Positions 37,629 to 44,933 of a DNA stretch of 44,933 nt are shown piece by piece. The translations under genes and the position numbers were made by a program. The DNA is taken from the NCBI RefSeq assembly GCF_048593235.1, contig NC_133619.1, positions 494,911,644-494,956,576 of the forward strand, read 5' to 3'. Positions within the stretch are counted from its first letter, which is position 1; every line of letters begins with the position of its first letter. The notes under the pieces were generated by a model. It made no database searches and was not told the origin of the DNA. It saw only the letters and a list, made by a program, of their open reading frames with translations. The stretch is from Sminthopsis crassicaudata (Eukaryota).

Positions 37629-38505
37629 TCTTGGCTTATAGCCTTTTCAAGTTCAATAATTTATTGGCCTTTATGCTGTTTTATCCTCTTTGATAGACTC
37701 TAACAACATCTCTGAACATCATGCTACAAAGCATGGGAGCAAGCACACAGCCCTGCAAACACTATAAGCTACCATTCTTCAGCCCTTTCTGAAGTCACAC
37801 TGGTTCTCAGGTAGAAAAGTCCATCTTCCAGGTGAAGTATCAATTAATCAAGAAGGACTCTGGTGAGAATCTGGCCACCAATGACGAGGCCCCCACTGCT
37901 TGCTGGGATTGTCTCAGGACAGCCTGTTTCATTTTCCTTTATAGAGATGGTCAGTGGAGGCATCCTTGAACTCCTGATGGCAATCTCCTCTTGCCACAAA
38001 CCCTCGAAGATTTCAGTCAGCTTCTAAATGAGCAGAGGATCCTCTGCCTTATAGATCCCTGCTGCAATAGAAGTAGCAAACAGGGTCACAGGAGAGGAGT
38101 CTAATAACATTCAAAAACCTCTTCTCCAGTTAAAAGGTTTTCTGGAGAGTGATCAACCTAAGATAAACAGTCACTGACTTCAGGATTGTTTGACAACAAT
38201 CTATTGAGAACACTGTGGGAGTATTCAGCCGATCTCTCCCGGATCACGTCCTTATCACTAAGCAAAGGGACTTCATCAGCACTGAGTACTTAAGATACAC
38301 CGTAGATCTTTTGTCCATAAATAACATTCAAGGCAACATAAAAGTGTTTTGGATTATTACTAAGAATATAAAACTGAATTTCTTCTTCCTTCTTACTGAG
38401 GCAAGAATCATTGATCTCTCTAAACTTAGACTTTGTTTGAACTTACACTCTGCCTTCTTAGAGATAGATGAAGTATCCTGGTGGTAACTTCTGTGGAGTT
38501 CTCAT
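37629..38505 (-). mobile_element. RTE-clade LINE ORF2 (reverse transcriptase) relic
   Basis: Minus strand encodes QGCVLAPM (37733-37757 region), HLYK-like and (K)ILTRVLL motifs, and KRL-AK; many stops and an internal deletion. Confidence 0.85.
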
Positions 38506-40404
38506 TTGCATCCTTTGACCATTATCTATAAATCTACATATAAATATACATAAATCTATACTGAACAGAAAAAGTTTCCAGGGTACTTGAAGAAGTAACT
38601 CGGTTATTTTAATCCACTTAATTAAGATTAGCTTTTGAGTCTTTAGTTCATTTCAGAAAATAATAAAATGAAATTTAACAAGTTAAAAAAGAAAGGAGGA
38701 GATTGTGTGTGACTATTATAATGGGGAGGAGGAAGAGAAGACCATCAAGAGAGGATGGAATCATAGATAGAAAAGTAGGGGCCAACTAGTGGAAGTCTTT
38801 CATTTGAAAAAGAAGAAAACTGAGGTTCAGAGAAGGAAATAATTATATAAGTAGTATCAGAAAGCAGGATTTAAACTGAGACCTTTTGACTCCAAAGTCA
38901 AAGTTCATTCCAGTGTATCATGCTGTCTCCTATTTGTGAGCATGTGAGAGAAACAGGCAGAGAGAAAAATAAGGGATGGGAGAGAGATGGAAGAGCACGT
39001 GTGAGGGTTGGACCGTGAGAGTCTGTGTGTGGAAGTTTTTATAAGAAAAGGTTTCCGTTCTCCTAACAAAGGATCACAGAGGAACGATATTGTCTCATAC
39101 TTTTTCATATGCATATATCTGGTCCCAGAGTCGCCATGGTGATGCTGTATATGTTTGCAGAGCTGGAAGGATCTCGAGATGGAAAATGAAGCCAGGGAGT
39201 GGACCAAGTCAGGGAGTCCAGCAGGAATTTTCCTCTGATCCTCAGCAGGCGATTAGTTAACAGAAATCTTGCAGGCTCTTTTGGGGTTAGTCATCAAACC
39301 TGCTATTTCCAACAACTCAAAAAAATAAAATAAAATAAACCACAACAGTTGCTCTTGGGAATGTCAATGCAGTTTTCTCTTCCTCTAACAAAAGTCTAAT
39401 AGATAGGAATTCAGTCATGGGATTCACAGTACAAGAAAAATCTTAAGACAATAAAGCCCAAGGCTCTGTCTCAGTGTACCAAACACAGCAAGGAAGGAGG
39501 GAAGTTTATTTTTGAAGCAGGGCCAACAGAACTAGTTTATCACTTTCTTTTCTTCAGGAAATCCACCATTCCCCTCTCGTTATTGTCTAAACCTCTTGCC
39601 TATCCTTGATGGAACTGGAAAACAGCTGCCCCTCAACATCTGTAGGCTATTCACTCCTATATGGGACTGATGCAAGGAAAAAATTTCCTAACAAATTAGA
39701 GAGATGCAAAACTGGGTTTGGATCTAGGGAGGAAGGGGACCCCCTTATTAGAAGTATTTGAGCAAGGCTGAATGACCACACCACTTCTCAGGTATGTGCA
39801 GAGGGGAGTCTCGGAAGGTATGGGTTGGATGAGATAGCAACTGAGGCGTCTCCCAACTCTGAAAGTCTGTGATTCTGTGTCTTTCCCTCTTCACCTAAGT
39901 CAGGTCCTTTTTGATTCTGTATGGTACACTGTGGGAACTCAAAGGGCTCCACCAAAAAACCAAAAGGGCCAGTTAATGCCAGAGCAAGAGGCTTTTATTT
40001 AAAGTGTTTAAATGCAGACCACATGGTTCAATCCAAGGGAGACCATGAGAGGGAAGGAGGGAGCAAAGACCATCAAGGGAAGCATAATAGAGCAACCTAT
40101 TGGTCCCCCTATACACTGCAGCTGAGACTGGCGCATCCACACTGAAAGTGGGAACATCAAGAAAAAGCAGAATCGCTCACTTTGGAGTCAGAAAGATGCA
40201 GATTCAAATCCTACCCCAGACATTCACCAGCTCTATGACATTGAGTCTCAGTTTTCTAATCTGTAAACTGTGGGGAGGTACTTGATAATCTATAGGGTTC
40301 CTTCAAGTACTAAATCTATGATTCTACAAAAATCAAAAGGCCTGAATTCAAATCTTAATTTTTCCACTTAAAATGATAGAACTTGGCCTCTGAAGTCCTT
40401 TTCC

Positions 40405-40550
40405 TTTTTGTGAGACAAAGGGGTAAGTAACTTGCTTAAGGTTACACAGCTGGTAAGTGTCAAGTATCTGAGATCAAATTTGAACTCAGATCCTCCTGAC
40501 TCCAAGGCTGGTGATCTACAGACTGCACCAACTAGCTGCTGAACTACCCC
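40405..40550 (-). mobile_element. WSINE1-like SINE
   Basis: taagtaacttgcttaaggttacacagctggtaagtgtcaagtatctgagatcaaatttgaactcagatcctcctgactcc. Confidence 0.8.
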
Positions 40551-40693
40551 CTAGAGTCCTTTTTCTAGCTAAAATCCTCCTCTTCATAGGGAGAGGCGAG
40601 GAAGGAAGCTTCCTTCCTACACAAGAGACAACACATCTCTGTCTTTGTATCTGTATGTATGTGTGTTTATCTTCCTCTCTCTTTCATCATCTA

Positions 40694-40889
40694 NNNNNNN
40701 NNNNNNNNNNNNNNNNNNNNNNNNNNNNNNNNNNNNNNNNNNNNNNNNNNNNNNNNNNNNNNNNNNNNNNNNNNNNNNNNNNNNNNNNNNNNNNNNNNNN
40801 NNNNNNNNNNNNNNNNNNNNNNNNNNNNNNNNNNNNNNNNNNNNNNNNNNNNNNNNNNNNNNNNNNNNNNNNNNNNNNNNNNNNNNNNN
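40694..40889. other. Assembly gap (196 N)
   Basis: Run of N. Confidence 1.
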
Positions 40890-41187
40890 ATTACAGGAAA
40901 AGAATATAGTTAATTTAGATCAGCTAATTTGAGAGTGGTTAGGTGCCATTTTATAGACTTTTATCATGACTTTCAATTTCCTGTCTGTATTTTTATTCTA
41001 ACCTCTACTGTCTTAAAAAAAATCAGTCTTTTTGGGAAAGAAAGCAGAAGCAAAGTAAGAATTGAACTATTTCACCTTCTCTTTAGGAAGTCATCATCTT
41101 GATATCCGTATCAATAGAAGTTTTAAGTTATCATTGATTGTTGTTCCTCTATCCTCCAATATAGATGAAAATTTAAAAAAAAACTCA

Positions 41188-41352
41188 TAAAGGAAGAATA
41201 GAAGGAAGAGAAGGAGGAGGAGAAGGAAAAGGAGAAGGAAAAGAAAGAGGAGGAGGGAGAAGAAGGAGGAGGAAAAGGAGGAGGAAAAAGAGCAAGAGGA
41301 GGAAGAGGAAGGAGAAGAAAAAAGAGGAGGAGCTAATGAAGAAGAAGAAGAT
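41188..41352. repeat. Purine-rich (GGA/GAA)n low-complexity tract
   Basis: Almost entirely G/A for about 160 bp. Confidence 0.95.
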
Positions 41353-42059
41353 AACATTTATATAGTGTTCACTCTTTGTTAAACAGTGCCTTCGGCTTGA
41401 ATTAAACTCAGGTCTTTCTGCTCCAGTTACCCACTGACCCACCTACTACCTCAAAAGAAGCAATTATGCACAGAGAGCTAATTGAGTCATTGAAGGTCCA
41501 AAAAGAAAGAGGCTACATGGAAACCTATGAAGTATTCTAATGCTGTTATTCAGGTATTTCTCACACCTAATAATAAGTTTTGGCCAGGAAGACAAGCAAA
41601 TAGAACAGGAATCAAAGGACAAGAGTCCTGGCCTGATGCAGATTCAGCCTTAACGTTCCAATCCCTTTATGTACCTATCGTTGAGTTATGAGGTTCGGAG
41701 ACAGGGAATGAAGGGATCACCTGGTACTCTATTTGACGCCCTTCCACTAACACTCTGTTTGTTGTAGGTCCCTGCCAAACTCCAAAGCCCCAGTGTAAGA
41801 CCCCTGCATTTCCTCAAAGCCATTTCCAGATTAGATAAATAAAAAAGACAGAAACAAGCAAAGAGTGCTGGGCAGTGAGCTGTGGGTTTGAATATGGGGA
41901 TAATGGGTCCCTATACCCTGGAAATCTGGCACCACTGGACTGTGCTAAATTAGGTGCAAAGAAGCCATCTGGTCAATTTAGTTTTAATCCCATCAAGTTT
42001 TGGGTTTTTTTTTTTTTCTGGGATTAATTTTTTTTCTTTTGGTAATATTTGCCATTGGG

Positions 42060-42560
42060 TTGGGAGTAAAGGAGAACTTAAAAATAGTCTAATTAGAGGC
42101 TGTGCCATATGGCCTTGTCACGCGTCATCCAAGCAGTCAGGAAGGAAAATAAAGAAGAAATTGCAAATACAATTAAATAAATATACCAAAATAAATTATA
42201 ATAAGCCCAAGCAGGCCTTGGCCCCAGCCCCCGAATTCTCCCAGGCAGTTCTCAGTGATGTGTGTGCAGAGCTGCTTGGCAGGCTGAACTCGGCTGGGTT
42301 TGGTTCAGCAGTTCTCAGGAATGTGTGTGGGAACCCAGTGCCAGGCAGAGCTGCCCGCGCGAGGTGTCACTGAGGGGCCAGAAGGGACAGCGATGACAGA
42401 GCCCAGAAAGGGCCCGCTCCCCTTGCTCTCACACAGGCCCACCTCCGCCTGTTCTCACAGAGAATCTCACCTCTTCCCCAGCTCTGAGGGAAAACGTGTC
42501 TGACAGCCGACCAAGGCAGAAAGCAATCAAAGGAGAGATTGTGTTCTCCGCCTGATGGAC
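42060..42560. promoter_or_regulatory. Candidate enhancer/promoter: MEF2, E-box and CRE half-site cluster next to a GC-rich unique segment
   Basis: TTAAAAATAG 42078-42087, CTAATTAG 42089-42096, CATATG 42106-42111, CGTCA 42123-42127; CpG-retaining sequence (cccgcgcgagg) downstream. Confidence 0.45.
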
Positions 42561-42589
42561 CACCATATGCTAATGTGGCAGGGAAGCTA

Positions 42590-43080
42590 GGTATCAGAAC
42601 CAAGGGAGCATCAGACTTTAAGTCAGGAAGACTGGCGATGGAATCCCGCCTCAGACACTTGTACTAGCTGTGACTCTAGGCAAGACATTTAATTCCCTCT
42701 GCTTTAATTTCCTCATCTGTACAATAAGGATAGGCGTACAGTGAATAGAGCCCTGGGCCTGCAGTCCATGACTTCAAAGGTGGCTTCAGATACATACTAA
42801 CTGTGTGACCTTGAGCAAGTCACATAACCCTGTTTGCCTCAGTTTCCTCATCTGTAAAATGGGCAGAAAGAAATGAAAAACTACTCCAATATCTTTGGAA
42901 GGAAACCTTAAATGGAGTCACAAAGAATCGGACAGGAATGAAACAACTGGATAACAACCACAACAAAATGAAGATAATAACAGCCTCTGCCTCAAATGGT
43001 TGTTATGAGGATCAAATGAGATAATATATGTAAAGTATTTTGAAAAACCTTGAAGCGATATATAAATGTGAGATATTATT
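42590..43080 (+). mobile_element. MIR interrupted by a Mar1-like SINE (~42733-42965)
   Basis: MIR breaks after tttcctcatctgt and resumes at aaaatgaagataataacagc; a complete Mar1-like SINE lies between. Confidence 0.7.
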
Positions 43081-44933
43081 AACACGTGCCATTGAAATTT
43101 TTTGATGGCAATAATGATAACTAATATCAGGATAACTCTTTGTTCTTCAGAGTTTCTACAAGTCAGAGGCCATAGTATATGTAGTAGAATGGGGAAACCT
43201 AGGGAGACAGTATCATATAATGGAATGGAAAGGAGACTGATCTTGAGAAGTAGAAGATCTAGGTTCAGTTTCCAGCTCTGATAAATACTAGTTGTATAAA
43301 GTTCTGAGATTCCATTTCCTCAGTGACAAAATAAATCATTCACCACTTAACTAGGTGGTATGGTGGATCCATCACTGGACCAGAAATCAAGGAGACCTGA
43401 GTTCAAATTCTATCTCAAACACACACTGTTTGTTTGACCTGAACAGGTCACTTAACTTCTGTCTCTGTTTTCTCAGCTGTCGAATGAAAATAATAATAAT
43501 ACCTGCTTCCCAAGGTTGTTGTGGGAGTTAAATGAGATAGTATCTTCAAAATGCCTGATATACAGTGGGCATTTAATAAATTCATAATTAATAAATATAA
43601 TACATTCTTTTTTTCTTTCTACTTCAGAGTTATTATGAAGAAAATACTTTGTAAACCTTAAAATGCCATATGAATATTATTAATTCTAACTTGTCAGTAG
43701 CTATCTAACCTCGCACAAATGACTTCAGCTGAAGAAGGTCAGTTTTCTCTTCAGTAGAAGGAATGAATTAGGGATCCTTAAGGTCCCTTATAGATAGAAA
43801 ACCTTGTGAGTACATACAAATTCCCAATATATTATTTGTTACTAAATAACATATTTTTATATAAATTAGCAGACAAAAATTGCATTTTCTTTTGATTTCT
43901 AAGGAATGCTCAATAATAAATGACAATAGCTTATATGATCAAATTACTTCAACATCCATATTTTTTTAAAAGGCTATTTCTTCTTGGAAGATACTCCCAA
44001 TAATTCAGATCACAATAATTACTTGCTTTGTGACTCTTGCAAAGTACCTGATACATAGGCATCAATAACATCTTGTCAATTGCTGATTGTTTAATAGGAA
44101 TTCATGAATAGCTATGCCCCCCCAAAAAAAACCAATATACCTAATAGCCAAGCTCCTAGTGATAAACTAGGTCCTTATTGATTGAACAATATAGATGCAT
44201 ATATGTAAATAAATGTATATGCACAGGATCATTCTTGTAATTTTGTCAGTACAAGAGTTCTCAATGGAAGACTCTCGGTACCAATATAGACCTGCAACTA
44301 TATTGTATGAAATTTCTACATATCATTGTATCAAAATATTTTGATAACACAACATACAACTGAATTATAAATACAGCTTAAGCATATACAGACTCTTATA
44401 TGTTATGCTGTGTTGCGTTGTGTCTGTATGTCCAAGTGAATATAAGAGGATCCAAAATTCGAGGTCATTGGATGATAAGATTATAGGGGCAGTGGGTCTT
44501 AGAGACCAGTAAAACAATTCTCCTCAATGTACAAATCCAAAAACTGAAGCTCAGAGAAATGCAGTCATTTTCCTGAGATCATAAAGTCTTTTAGAAAAGG
44601 ATAGGACTCAAATTCAGAACCTCTGGCTCTTTGATGGAAGGGCCTGAGTCCTGGTGTCCCTCCAGACCTCAGTGTTCCTGAGGAGCTGTGATTCATAGCT
44701 CTTTGGTGGGACAGCTGCAGGGGTTGAGCAGGCAGGGTGGGATTAACCCACTTACTGCCCTGCTCTGCTCTGTCCCATACCTTGCTACCTTGTGTGCTGA
44801 AGAACAGAAATGGGCCAGGTCTCTTTTAGATCTATACTGAGGGGGCCAGGAGCTGCTTCAGTAACAAGAGTATGACCTCTGGGAGATGGGGCTAATTGGC
44901 CAAAAAATTAAAGGGTTTCCACCCATTCAAATG

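Noticed and set aside
41094-41442. Poly-Ser/Leu/Phe 'transmembrane' ORFs
   Set aside because: Translations of the (GGA/GAA)n repeat.
1-44933. Search for CRISPR arrays, intact tRNA/rRNA/snRNA genes, numts and non-retroviral endogenous viral elements
   Set aside because: None recognised. tRNA-like boxes belong to SINE heads, and no ORF resembled viral or mitochondrial proteins by eye; a tBLASTx search is needed to exclude very decayed elements.

Overview
Marsupial (probably dasyurid) genomic DNA, inferred from WSINE1-like and Mar1-like SINEs, marsupial-type L1, RTE, L2 and CR1/L3 relics. It looks intronic or intergenic and has two N gaps. I recognise no cellular protein-coding gene; the only ORFs with clear homology are decayed L1 ORF2 and RTE ORF2 fragments. 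Notable items: a three-level nested insertion with target-site duplications (L2 < L1 < WSINE1), a 7SL-RNA-derived retroposon with an expanded S domain, two solo LTRs (one inside a local ~266-bp duplication), Tigger1-like and MER63-like DNA-transposon relics, several motif-dense candidate enhancers and a few candidate exons, including a 24-nt microexon candidate with an SRRM4-type signature. Repeat family names come from recalled consensus sequences, not database searches, and old-repeat boundaries are approximate. I found no convincing novel multi-gene system; the exon and enhancer candidates are the best leads.
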